Shown one piece after another: positions 16,675-25,400 of a DNA stretch of 28,785 nucleotides. A model generated the notes under the pieces. That model had not been told where the DNA came from. It worked only from the letters and a program-made list of their open reading frames with translations, and made no database searches. Source of the DNA: Clostridia bacterium (lineage in GTDB: Bacteria > Bacillota > Clostridia > UBA1381). The stretch spans positions 1 to 28,785 of the forward strand of contig JAXJPK010000260.1 of the NCBI GenBank assembly GCA_036311705.1. The letters are read 5' to 3'. Positions within the stretch are counted from its first letter, which is position 1; each line of letters begins with the position of its first letter. A program made the position numbers and the translations under genes.

Positions 16675-17052
16675 ATGTATCGTGAAAAACTTGACGAAAT
16701 CCGTCGAGAAAAGAAAATGACTCACAAAAGATGGTCGGAGGAAAGCGGTGTATCAATTGATACCATCTCTCGCATTATCCATCCCGACAATCCCGACAAA
16801 GACTCACCGAAGGTTAATACATTAGAGGATTTATGTAAGCCTCTCGAGATAGAGCTGTGGGAGATATTCTACCTTGGGGATAAGAGCCTTGTCTCCCTCC
16901 AAGCAGAGATTGCCACCCTAAAAGCAGAGCGAGACACCCTTGTAGCCGAGAACGGCATCCTCAGGGCTAAAGTCGAAACCCTGCGAGACAAGATTGACAC
17001 TCTTAACGATGAGATTATAACAATCATCAAGCACTACATCGGCAAGCAATAA
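16675..17052 (+). CDS. XRE HTH regulator with C-terminal coiled coil
   Basis: L.EIR.EK.MT...W SEESGVS..TISRI; heptad repeat LQAEIATLKAERDTLVAENGILRAKVETL. Confidence 0.85.
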   Translation: MYREKLDEIRREKKMTHKRWSEESGVSIDTISRIIHPDNPDKDSPKVNTLEDLCKPLEIELWEIFYLGDKSLVSLQAEIATLKAERDTLVAENGILRAKVETLRDKIDTLNDEIITIIKHYIGKQ

Positions 17053-17120
17053 ACACTTGTTCTGTAATTATTCTATCACACTATATGTCCGATAATACGG
17101 ACAGAATAACACAAGTGTTC
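17051..17120 (-). promoter_or_regulatory. Putative leftward promoter with LexA-like boxes and a palindrome
   Basis: Minus strand extended -10 TGaTAGAAT (17078-70), GAACAAGTGTTT (17062-51), TGTCCG-N6-CGGACA (17086-17103), second box GAACACTTGTGT (17120-09). Confidence 0.55.
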
Positions 17121-17151
17121 TGTTTTTTTACAAAAGAAAGGATTTACTGAA

Positions 17152-17820
17152 ATGATTGAAGGAATAATATCCTTGACTTTATGGATATTGTTTATTGTGG
17201 GGCGTCACGTTTATAAAATTGTTCGTGAAAGTATATATAGGAATGATTATTACAGAAAGATCGGATGGATTACTCAAAAAGAAAAATTCGGCAGGTTTTA
17301 TAACCCGACAGTAGATTTTCGTAATGAAGATTTGTTATATTATATCAAGCAACAAGAAGACAAGTTGAAAATCTCTGAATCTTACCGTATTGACTCATCA
17401 AGCGAACAAGTCAAAAAAGATATAGATGAGATTTTAAAAGTATTTCAAGACGATAAATTGGAAGATTATTTTTCTGATTTATTAAAAAAAGAAAGACGTT
17501 TCCTCAAACTAACCTCTTTGGAATATTTTATGTTTTCGTTGGGATGTTTTCTTTCGTCATTTGTTGCTATTGATTATTACGACCGGAATCATCCCGAATT
17601 CAAAGACAAAATATACTCTTCAAGGGAATATACGGATAACTCACATTTTAACGAACACTTAACCGATTTCGGGATTACCTGCTACAAATTACTATTGATA
17701 ACCCAGGTTTTTTTGAAAAAGAACGAGAAATTCAAAAAATTCGATTTAAGATTAGATTCAGGTTACACAATGAGTATTATAGATAGAAAAAAAGCAGCAT
17801 TTTGGAGTTGTCGAGGATAA
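17152..17820 (+). CDS. Membrane-anchored hypothetical protein (lysogeny region moron)
   Basis: N-terminal TM segment and a second hydrophobic stretch; AT-rich; sits between the regulators and the integrase. Confidence 0.75.
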   Translation: MIEGIISLTLWILFIVGRHVYKIVRESIYRNDYYRKIGWITQKEKFGRFYNPTVDFRNEDLLYYIKQQEDKLKISESYRIDSSSEQVKKDIDEILKVFQDDKLEDYFSDLLKKERRFLKLTSLEYFMFSLGCFLSSFVAIDYYDRNHPEFKDKIYSSREYTDNSHFNEHLTDFGITCYKLLLITQVFLKKNEKFKKFDLRLDSGYTMSIIDRKKAAFWSCRG

Positions 17821-17945
17821 TGATTGAATCTGTTAACACACCCCTTGTACACAAAACTTTCACCCAAGTACCCAACCAAGAGTATACCCTCAATCAAAAA
17901 CGCATCACAGAGGCTTTTAGAGCCTTATACGAAAGGAGCCACAAA

Positions 17946-18992
17946 ATGAAAAAACGTCCCGATGGCAGATGGGCAAAAACAATAACAATCAACGGCAAGC
18001 GCATATGGTTTTATTCCTCGGCACCAACCGAAAGAGCCGCAGAAAAAGACATAAAACTACAGCTCCTTGCGTATTCCGAAACCAAAGAAAACGGTAACTC
18101 ATTTAATATCATAGCCGAAAAATGGAAGAACGAACACTTCCCGACACTTGAAAACAACTCATTGAAAAATTACCGTCCTGCGTACCGAGAAGTTGTGGAA
18201 TTCTTCGGTGACAAGAGAATTAGACATGTATCGGCTTCTGATGCTGAGGCTTTCATGAAGTTTCTTGCCCAAAAACAATACGCAAAAAAGACCGTATCAA
18301 CAAGACTTACCGTGCTTAACTTAATATTTAAGTACGCCTTTAATAATAACGAGGTATCAGCTAACCCGTGTCAATATTTATCTGTTCCCAAAAAACTGAA
18401 AACAGTAAAAAGAAAAGCCCCGTCAAAAGCAGAGCTTACAATAGTAAAAGATAGTTGGCATATATCAACCGCAGGACTTCTTGCGTACTTCTTCCTTTTT
18501 ACAGGATGTCGTAGGGGAGAGGCTCTTGCACTTACATACGGAGACTTTGATCTGAATAGACGTGTGGTACAGATTACAAAAACTGTCGAATGGATTGGGA
18601 ACGTACCGCAGATAAAATACCATCCAAAGACTAACGCAGGCATTCGTGAAATACCAATTCCTGAAATACTCCTTGAAAAAATCTTTGACGATACAAAACA
18701 CAAGAGCACAGAGCTTGTATTCAAAAATCAGAACGGAACGTTAATAAGTAATTCAGGTGTAACAAGAATGTGGAACGCTTATCTGAAGGAAACAGGTCTC
18801 ACTATCACTCCGCACCAATTAAGGCATGCATATGCTACAATTCTGTACGATGCAGGTGTTGATGTAAAGGCAGCGCAAACTTTCCTTGGTCATGCAGATA
18901 TTAAAACAACAATGAACATATACACCGAGTTGTCAGAAGCCAATCAGTTAAGTTCCTCCGACAAAATCGACAAATTCCTGACTACATTTTGA
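17946..18992 (+). CDS. int: Tyrosine integrase
   Basis: Arm-binding N-terminus KKRPDGRW, TGCRRGEALAL, PKT, HQLRH, LGH, NIY; RBS AAAGGAG before ATG 17946. Confidence 0.97.
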   Translation: MKKRPDGRWAKTITINGKRIWFYSSAPTERAAEKDIKLQLLAYSETKENGNSFNIIAEKWKNEHFPTLENNSLKNYRPAYREVVEFFGDKRIRHVSASDAEAFMKFLAQKQYAKKTVSTRLTVLNLIFKYAFNNNEVSANPCQYLSVPKKLKTVKRKAPSKAELTIVKDSWHISTAGLLAYFFLFTGCRRGEALALTYGDFDLNRRVVQITKTVEWIGNVPQIKYHPKTNAGIREIPIPEILLEKIFDDTKHKSTELVFKNQNGTLISNSGVTRMWNAYLKETGLTITPHQLRHAYATILYDAGVDVKAAQTFLGHADIKTTMNIYTELSEANQLSSSDKIDKFLTTF

Positions 18993-19051
18993 CTACGCAA
19001 ATACTTTAAAAAACTTAAAAATACTTTAAAAAACTTAAACGAATAAACATA

Positions 19052-19100
19052 AAGAAACCCCGTAAAACCGCCATCTTCAGCGATTTTACGGGGATTTCTT
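19052..19100 (-). terminator. Long hairpin terminator after the tRNA 3' fragment (likely bidirectional, also ends int)
   Basis: AAGAAACCCCGTAAAACCGC / GCGATTTTACGGGGATTTCTT inverted repeat. Confidence 0.8.
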
Positions 19101-19102
19101 GT

Positions 19103-19128
19103 TGGCGCAGAAGGAGAGATTTGAACTC
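19103..19128 (-). other. attP core: 3' end of a tRNA (T-arm, acceptor 3' strand, G discriminator, CCA), probably tRNA-Ser
   Basis: Minus strand GAGTTCAAATCTCTCCTTCTGCGCCA; no D-arm or anticodon arm upstream. Confidence 0.8.
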
Positions 19129-19194
19129 TAAACAAATCAACTTATACAAGCATTTGCAAGAATCTGACTACATTCTGACCACAGAAGCTGAAAA

Positions 19195-19494
19195 TCACAT
19201 ATTAAGCATCTGTCTAATCAGAGCTGTCTCATGAACGAATTCTTTGTGCAGTCTCTCCCACTTATCCATCATCTCAACGGGAGGCGTATATACCTTTGAT
19301 ATAGCTTCGACTTCACTCACAGCAAATTCGTGAATGTACCCTGCATGCCTCAGCTCATCAGAAGCCATCTCTTTATATTTGTTCGCCATTGCCATGTTGC
19401 CTTTTGCTTTTGCCTCAATATACTTTTCGGCATAATCCTTTGCGCCTTCAAGCTCTTCCTCAATATGGTCAGCCATTTTTTTGATTATATACAT
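19195..19494 (-). CDS. Ferritin-like helical-bundle protein
   Basis: HIEEELEGAKDY ... MASDELRHA (E...Y and ExxH carboxylate ligands), later LHKEFVHE. Confidence 0.7.
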   Translation of the reverse strand: MYIIKKMADHIEEELEGAKDYAEKYIEAKAKGNMAMANKYKEMASDELRHAGYIHEFAVSEVEAISKVYTPPVEMMDKWERLHKEFVHETALIRQMLNM

Positions 19495-19495
19495 A

Positions 19496-19834
19496 TCAGC
19501 CCTCCATAATCATCCTGTGCAGCTTGTCTATGTCCGCATTGCAAAATGAAAACGTTCCAAAAAGCGGAATGTGAATTTCGATTTTACCCTTTGCGGCAAC
19601 CTGCGACTTCAGATCAGCCATAATGCCATTGACATCAACCTCACCTGACTCTGTAACAAGATCGAGCATCGACACAAAAGGATTCTTTATAAGCTCGTCC
19701 TTGAGTTTGCCTCTGTTAGCTGTAAATCTTGTCACAGCCATCCGAGCAAGTATTTCCTGCCAATCGTTAAGACCGGGATATATCTCATGGTCCATATACT
19801 TAAGGATGCCGTTGATTACTTTTTCGAACTGCAT
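19496..19834 (-). CDS. Hypothetical protein of the accessory cassette
   Basis: RBS AGGAGG; 112 aa; V..G...Y.D.EI ... IPLFG...F...DIDKL. Confidence 0.8.
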   Translation of the reverse strand: MQFEKVINGILKYMDHEIYPGLNDWQEILARMAVTRFTANRGKLKDELIKNPFVSMLDLVTESGEVDVNGIMADLKSQVAAKGKIEIHIPLFGTFSFCNADIDKLHRMIMEG

Positions 19835-19862
19835 AAATTCCTCCTGTTTTGTTATATACGCA

Positions 19863-19888
19863 GAGAGGCGGTTGTTACGCCGCCCCTC
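19863..19888 (-). other. Intergenic GC-rich stem-loop without a U tract (mRNA stabiliser or partial terminator)
   Basis: Minus strand GAGGGGCGG-CGTAACAA-CCGCCTCTC. Confidence 0.55.
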
Positions 19889-19897
19889 CGAGGTAGG

Positions 19898-20389
19898 TTA
19901 AGCTCCCGTTGTGGGTGTGGTGGGTGCTGTCCAACTGTTGTACTGAGGCATCGGAGCAGGGCAAATGTTGCCTGCAGGAATGATAATCTTTGTAAGAGCC
20001 GCAAGCTGTGCAACCTGTCCCTGAACGCAGGAGATTGTAGCTGTGTTGGTAGCATTGTATACCCTCTGGTCACAAAGCTCTCTCTCAATGCATCCGAACT
20101 TGCCATCTACATACTTGTAAAGGTCAAGTATCTTGCCATCGGTGTAAATATTGCTGTCACGAAGCTTAACCTCTGTTTCAAGCTCTGCGATTCTTGCAGA
20201 CTGTGCCGCTTCATAACGGTTAATCATATGGTCTTCAGAGCAACCACATCTGCCGTTGCCGAAAAGTCCGCCAAGAATACCGTTGCCACAATTGCCACCA
20301 TTGAGGATGCCAAGTCCTGTGCCTATTGCACCGAGAGTAACACCAAGATTACCCTTGCCGTTGCTTGAGTATTCATTTGTATATTCCAT
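19898..20389 (-). CDS. Gly-rich hydrophobic N-terminus plus coiled-coil protein of unknown function
   Basis: RBS AAGGAGG; GNLGVTLGAIGTGLGILNGG..GGLFG, then CS...RYE...IAELETEVKLRDSN.YTD.K, Pro/Thr tail. Confidence 0.85.
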   Translation of the reverse strand: MEYTNEYSSNGKGNLGVTLGAIGTGLGILNGGNCGNGILGGLFGNGRCGCSEDHMINRYEAAQSARIAELETEVKLRDSNIYTDGKILDLYKYVDGKFGCIERELCDQRVYNATNTATISCVQGQVAQLAALTKIIIPAGNICPAPMPQYNSWTAPTTPTTGA

Positions 20390-20459
20390 ATTTTTCCTCC
20401 TTGTGTGTAATAATATTGATTGATAAACAGCCCTGCGCACAAGCTCTTTATCTGTCTTT

Positions 20460-20516
20460 ATGATACCCCATAAAAGGAAAAAATGTGGCTCAACTACAGC
20501 TCAACAAAGTATCAAA
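20460..20516 (-). promoter_or_regulatory. Putative activator-dependent promoter of the cassette
   Basis: -10 TATCAT (20465-60); three TCAA-centred repeats with 11-bp period (GCTCAAC 20488, GCTCAAC 20499, TATCAAA 20510). Confidence 0.6.
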
Positions 20517-20519
20517 AAA

Positions 20520-20539
20520 GGAGCGGAGAAATCCGCTCC
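20520..20539 (-). terminator. Intrinsic terminator after the HTH gene
   Basis: GGAGCGGA-GAAA-TCCGCTCC followed by TTTTTT on the minus strand. Confidence 0.8.
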
Positions 20540-20545
20540 ATAGTT

Positions 20546-20752
20546 TTACTTGCCCGAAATATACCGAACAATCTTCTTGCCTATTCTCGAACGTCTGCGC
20601 TTCAAGGTTGACACCGAGATATTAAGCTCCTCGGCTATATCAACACAAGCCCATCCTCGTCTTAAATAAGGAATAATCTCAAGCTCATCGTCAGTAAAAC
20701 CGCAATGCTCCACGAATGTCTCCCATTCGTCTTTGTAAAATCGCATTACCAT
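20546..20752 (-). CDS. Stand-alone LuxR/GerE/sigma-region-4-like HTH regulator
   Basis: FTDDELEII.YL.RG.....IAEELNISVSTLKRR...I..KI. Confidence 0.85.
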   Translation of the reverse strand: MVMRFYKDEWETFVEHCGFTDDELEIIPYLRRGWACVDIAEELNISVSTLKRRRSRIGKKIVRYISGK

Positions 20753-20770
20753 ATTACCATCCTTTTCGGC

Positions 20771-20944
20771 TTACCGAATATATATAAGTATAAGCACCAC
20801 AACAGCCCATAAGATATTGGATGCCAAGCACAAACCGCCTAACCACTTGTTAACCGTTGCAAGCTCCTTTGACACCGACCATTCGGCAGAATGCTGTACC
20901 TCATCTCGGCACATCTGACTTCTTTTTTTACGATGCTTACTCAT
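20771..20944 (-). CDS. Small single-TM membrane protein (57 aa, not in the ORF track)
   Basis: Manual translation MSKHRKKRSQMCRDEVQHSAEWSVSKELATVNKWLGGLCLASNILWAVVVLILIYIR; RBS AAGGAGG. Confidence 0.7.
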   Translation of the reverse strand: MSKHRKKRSQMCRDEVQHSAEWSVSKELATVNKWLGGLCLASNILWAVVVLILIYIR

Positions 20945-20956
20945 AATGCCTCCTTA

Positions 20957-22420
20957 TTATCCAATAATAATATAAGTGTAAACAGTACCTTTAGTGTTGA
21001 ATTTTACTCCCGAACCCGAAGTCCCGATCACCCTGCTGAAAGTAATCGTATTATCATTCTCGCCCCATGCTACGTCTGCCTTGGTAGTAATATTCGGAAT
21101 GGATCTATATGCTGACGTATTCGGTCTCACAGCTATATGCCCGGATAAATAAACAATCTGAGGCTTAAACGGAGCTGTTATAGTCTTATTATAAGCATCT
21201 GCTCCCTCGCCTGTACCCACATATGTTCCGGAATATATCTGCGCAGGATGAGGCAAGTTATGCTCCCCGTATAATTTATATTCTTTTTTCTCGCCATTAA
21301 GCTCACGACTCAAGCGCAAAGCATCTTCGTCAGATTCCGAAGCAGAAACCTTAATACCGCTTGTGATATTGGCTTGACCATCCGTAGCATCAAGATGCAT
21401 ACCGCCTTGCTCATCTCGTTCAACCGTTCCCTTCAGCACACCACCTTTGTCTTCAAAGGTAATAGCAGGCTTTTGGTTTTCGGAAACAAGATTAATATCA
21501 CCATTAATAGTACCGCCCTTATTAGTCAGGCAGGATGTCCATTCCGTAACGCCACCAATAGTCTTACGCACTAAAGCCTCACCTGATTGTGTCCATATTA
21601 CTGCAGTATGTTGCGTTAAGACGTCACCAAAGCACACAGCAAGTCCGTCCGATGTTGCGCTAAGATTAGCCTTGTAGGGCGTATTAGCCGTATTAACATC
21701 CCACTTCACAAACGTAGGCACATTATACGCCTTAGCAAGATTATCGGAATATATAGCCGTTGCAAAAGCATCTCGGTATCTCTCGTCAAGCTCTTCGGCA
21801 ACTTCACTTGCAGCGAAATTCGTGAGACCGTCTCTTACAAGACTCGTCATATCCATATCTGTTGTAATTTGCATTATATACTTTTGGATCGAATCCGTTT
21901 CGTATGTCGCACGGTCGGCATAATGCGCCCTGAATATGCATAACTCGTCAAGCTCGATCTTAATCAGCCTCGAATTATACACGGCATTAGCTTTAGCCAT
22001 CGCATTTTCAAGAGCCGTAAATGTCGTAGTCTGTTCGGCACTCTCGTCTTCTGCATTGCTCTTTGTCACCTCAACAGCAAATCTCGGTGATACAAGCACA
22101 GCCCTCGCTCCGTCATAATTCATTCCGATAAGCTTAAGCTGCATCTCTGTTATACCTTCCTCGACTATAGGAAGCACATCATACACAACGGTGTTATCCT
22201 TGATGGTACATTCTTCAATGCTCGGCTCTTCGGAATTCGGTGTAGTAATATACATCAGAGCCACCACACCCTCAAGCGGAAGCTCATATGTATCACCACT
22301 TGCCGTAAGGTTGATTTCAATTCTTCTCGACAGCTTATCAGCTGTTTCAAATCCCTGCAAAGTAAACTGAATGCCATTCTTGTGAACGTCAAGAGTCTTT
22401 CTGTAAGTAATCTTTTCCAT
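20957..22420 (-). CDS. Tail/receptor-binding protein with BppU-like N-terminal domain
   Basis: N-terminal ~130 aa beta-rich (D..SRRIEINLT...VVYDV...G....QLKL...SPRF.VEV); GGTINGDI fibre-like segment; SGTYVGTG C-terminal domain. Confidence 0.7.
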   Translation of the reverse strand: MEKITYRKTLDVHKNGIQFTLQGFETADKLSRRIEINLTASGDTYELPLEGVVALMYITTPNSEEPSIEECTIKDNTVVYDVLPIVEEGITEMQLKLIGMNYDGARAVLVSPRFAVEVTKSNAEDESAEQTTTFTALENAMAKANAVYNSRLIKIELDELCIFRAHYADRATYETDSIQKYIMQITTDMDMTSLVRDGLTNFAASEVAEELDERYRDAFATAIYSDNLAKAYNVPTFVKWDVNTANTPYKANLSATSDGLAVCFGDVLTQHTAVIWTQSGEALVRKTIGGVTEWTSCLTNKGGTINGDINLVSENQKPAITFEDKGGVLKGTVERDEQGGMHLDATDGQANITSGIKVSASESDEDALRLSRELNGEKKEYKLYGEHNLPHPAQIYSGTYVGTGEGADAYNKTITAPFKPQIVYLSGHIAVRPNTSAYRSIPNITTKADVAWGENDNTITFSRVIGTSGSGVKFNTKGTVYTYIIIG

Positions 22421-22442
22421 TTTTATACCCCCTATCGGTTAA

Positions 22443-22478
22443 ATTATATATCGGATTGGTGGAGATTTGCCACCCCAC
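22443..22478 (-). promoter_or_regulatory. Putative late promoter (GTGGGGTGGC-N20-TATAAT)
   Basis: Third copy of the motif, in the intergenic gap upstream of the tail gene; overlaps a TTGGTGG/CCACCAA hairpin. Confidence 0.7.
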
Positions 22479-22494
22479 CAACCCTTTGCAAAAT

Positions 22495-25400
22495 TTAGCT
22501 GTTACCGGCAAGAAACATATAGAAAGCCATAATATCTCGGTATACGTTGTATGCCGCAATTCCCGTAACATCGGAGCCTGCTTTGAGCAGATATTTTAAC
22601 AGCTTTTCGGGATCACCGCTTCCCGTCATCAGCTTGTATATTTCTTTTCCTGTTTTGACGGTGCTGTTCATCCAATCGGTATCAGCTCTCGATGCTGTAA
22701 ATCCTTGAAGTGTAGACACAAACAAGTTAATATAAGGTATTTTGGCGAACATACTACTGTTAACCGCAAAGTTCTCAAGCATAAGCTTTGCCCAATACTT
22801 TTCATCCTTGTCATCCTCATCGTAATCACGGAATGCATCAAAGAGACTCTGAAGCACCGTTGTCACGATGTTAGTCATTACATATGCTGTAATTGCCTTG
22901 CGAACATACTTGCCGTTTTTACGCATAGCTTCCTTAAGATTGGTTTCCCTTGCCTCAAGTTGTGTTGACACAAATATGTCCGTCATAAGGTTAAGAGACA
23001 ATGTAGACTCGGATGCAAATGTCGTAAGCATCTTATCCCATCCACTCGGGCTACGCATCATTTGGCTTCGTGTAAGCATCGAGTCAACAACCTGCGTTTT
23101 GTATATAACCTCTCTCAATCGGAGAGCAACAGCTTCATTGAATTCGGGGCTTCCTACTTTAAGGTCCTTGCGTGTATCTCTGATCTCAAGCTCGCAAGCA
23201 TTCCAAAGCACACCCATAGTCACCTTATCCGCCAACTCTGCACCCTTAAGAGACGTATCCACAAGCCATCCCACCGCATTCGTATCATGCTTAATCTTGT
23301 CGGTAAGTCCTCTTGTTATATCGGTATCGTAGTAACCGAGAGACTTCCAAAGCACAATACCGCTCTTTTCTTCGGAACGTTTGATTTTCGGGATATGGTG
23401 CAATGCGTGAAGCAGATATTTATTATCCATCACCGCACCTGCTCTGATAAAGGATGTAAACTGCAAGAGAGCAACCCTCATATTTCCTGCAACTTTTGCA
23501 ATTTTTGAATTCTTGAAGAATTTGATAGCAAGATTGTCCCTTGTGTCACTCTTTGATGCACCGCTCACATCCTTGAGGAATGTCTGTAAATATCCCCAAG
23601 CATAGTCCCCAAATGCATCCTTGACAGATGTCTGAAGGCTGTATTCCTCGCCTGTATCAGTTGTACCCTTGTAGTTAACCCACTTGTACATATCAAGTAT
23701 CGGCAAAGCAAAAGAATTATACCTTATCATATTCGACATATGACTTGAGAATACATCAAAAACATCACCGATTTCCACACTCTTCTTTGACATATGGTTT
23801 CTCGAATGCGTAAATGATGCGTTCAGAAGCTGAAGCATTGACATACTTACATCACCCGGAGCATCGCCCTTCTGCGGAACGGCACCCTCGGATACCTTAA
23901 TCGGGAAGTAGTTCTCAATGCCAAAACTCTTGATACCCCATCTTGCCATAGTAATCTCGTTGCCAAGCTCCGCACCTCTTGTACCCATATAGTCTTGAAG
24001 TTTGTCCGCAACATTTCTTGCTGTGCCACCTTTAGCTTTTCCAACTCTTTTATCATCAAGTTTTGAAAGAATGTTTTCAATATCAGACTCGGTGACTCTG
24101 ATATTCTTGCGGACAGCTCTTTTGTCCTTTGTTTCCGCAATGGTAATACCGCCGCCTTCACCATTTTCGTCTCCGTGAAGAATATGCTTTCTTGCATCCT
24201 CCTGCTTGATAACACAGTAAAGAGACATAATCTGCGGAACATTCATTGAGAATTTAATTATCTTGCCACTCGGCTGTGGAATAGCAAATTCAAAATATGT
24301 CTCGCTCCATCTCTTATATTCTTTGCCCGTGTATAAGCCATCGGCAAAGTCGATAACTTCCTTTGCAAGAAATGCAAGCTTGTCCTGAGCATCCTGAAAT
24401 GCCGTGAAGATTTCCTGTGCAGAGCCTCCGAGATTCTTAAAGGCATAGTACGGATTAAGATTGTTCCAATACATCTTTGTTTTGAGCTTGTCAAAATGAT
24501 GCTTGTCATCTGCGTAAACCTTTGTGCGCTTGTCAAGGTCTTTTATGGTGTCAATTCCGTGCTGTCTTGCGGATAATCCCGACAATACAGTATGATACAT
24601 ATTAACCTTGTTGACCGTAGTCCTTATGATTTTAACAATCTTGTCAAGCTTTTTAAGGTCCTCAATAGACATCTCGTTTAAGAAAAATACAGTTCCGTTG
24701 TCTATCTCCTTGACAAATTCCTTAAGAGACTCATCCAAACCGCTTCCGTATATATCTTCAAGAATGTCTCCAAGCTCCTGACTTCCGTCTGCAACAACAT
24801 TATTAAGCTTGCTGAAAGCCTTATTAAGAGATATATCTCGCTGTGTCGGCACACCTTTCTTAAGCAATCTCTTTGACGAAGCATCAATAGCCTCAAGAAG
24901 CTCCTTGACAGCCCCCTTTAATGTATCGGGGACGTGAGAGTCTTTGTTATTGTCGAAAAGCATCTTGTTAAGTTTAAGGCTGTTTGCGGTAATAGTCTGA
25001 ATAACACTCTTCCTCTCCGCATTCTCCTTATACCGTGCAAGCTTCTTTCTGCCAAGTTCTTTAGCTTTTGCATAGGCTTTACGTCTCTTACTCCACATAT
25101 CGCCATATAATTTCTGATAAAGTTCTAACTCGTTATTTGTTGCTGTAGCCTTCGCTTCATACGACTCTCTCAGCTCCTCCATAGCCTTCCTATGCTCCGC
25201 ATTAAGCTCCTGAATCCTCTTGTTCTGCTTATCAGCCGTAGACTCAAACTTCGTAACCGTCCAAGCCTTGTTGATAATCTCCGTAGCGAGAGATTGCAGC
25301 AATTCCGACTTTTCATATTCCTGAACAACATCCCCTGCATTACGAAGGTCATCGTAGATGTCATAAAGCTCCACAAGCCGCTGTGCATCACCAATGTCCT

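Larger units (their letters stand above)
18978..19183. mobile_element. attP: attP with arm-type repeats and tRNA-derived core
   Basis: CTGACTACATTTTGACTAC (18978-96) and CTGACTACATTCTGACCAC (19164-82) flank the tRNA 3' core; 20-bp tandem ATACTTTAAAAAACTTAAA(A/C) at 19001-19040. Confidence 0.85.

Noticed and set aside
17802..17945. N-terminal extension of the integrase given by the ORF track
   Set aside because: A strong RBS and the typical KKRPDGRW start lie at ATG 17946
19103..19190. Complete tRNA gene
   Set aside because: Only the T-arm and acceptor 3' strand are present; upstream sequence cannot form D or anticodon arms. It is the attP core.
20957..21240. Diversity-generating retroelement target in the tail protein C-terminus
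   Set aside because: No reverse transcriptase and no template repeat were seen in the window
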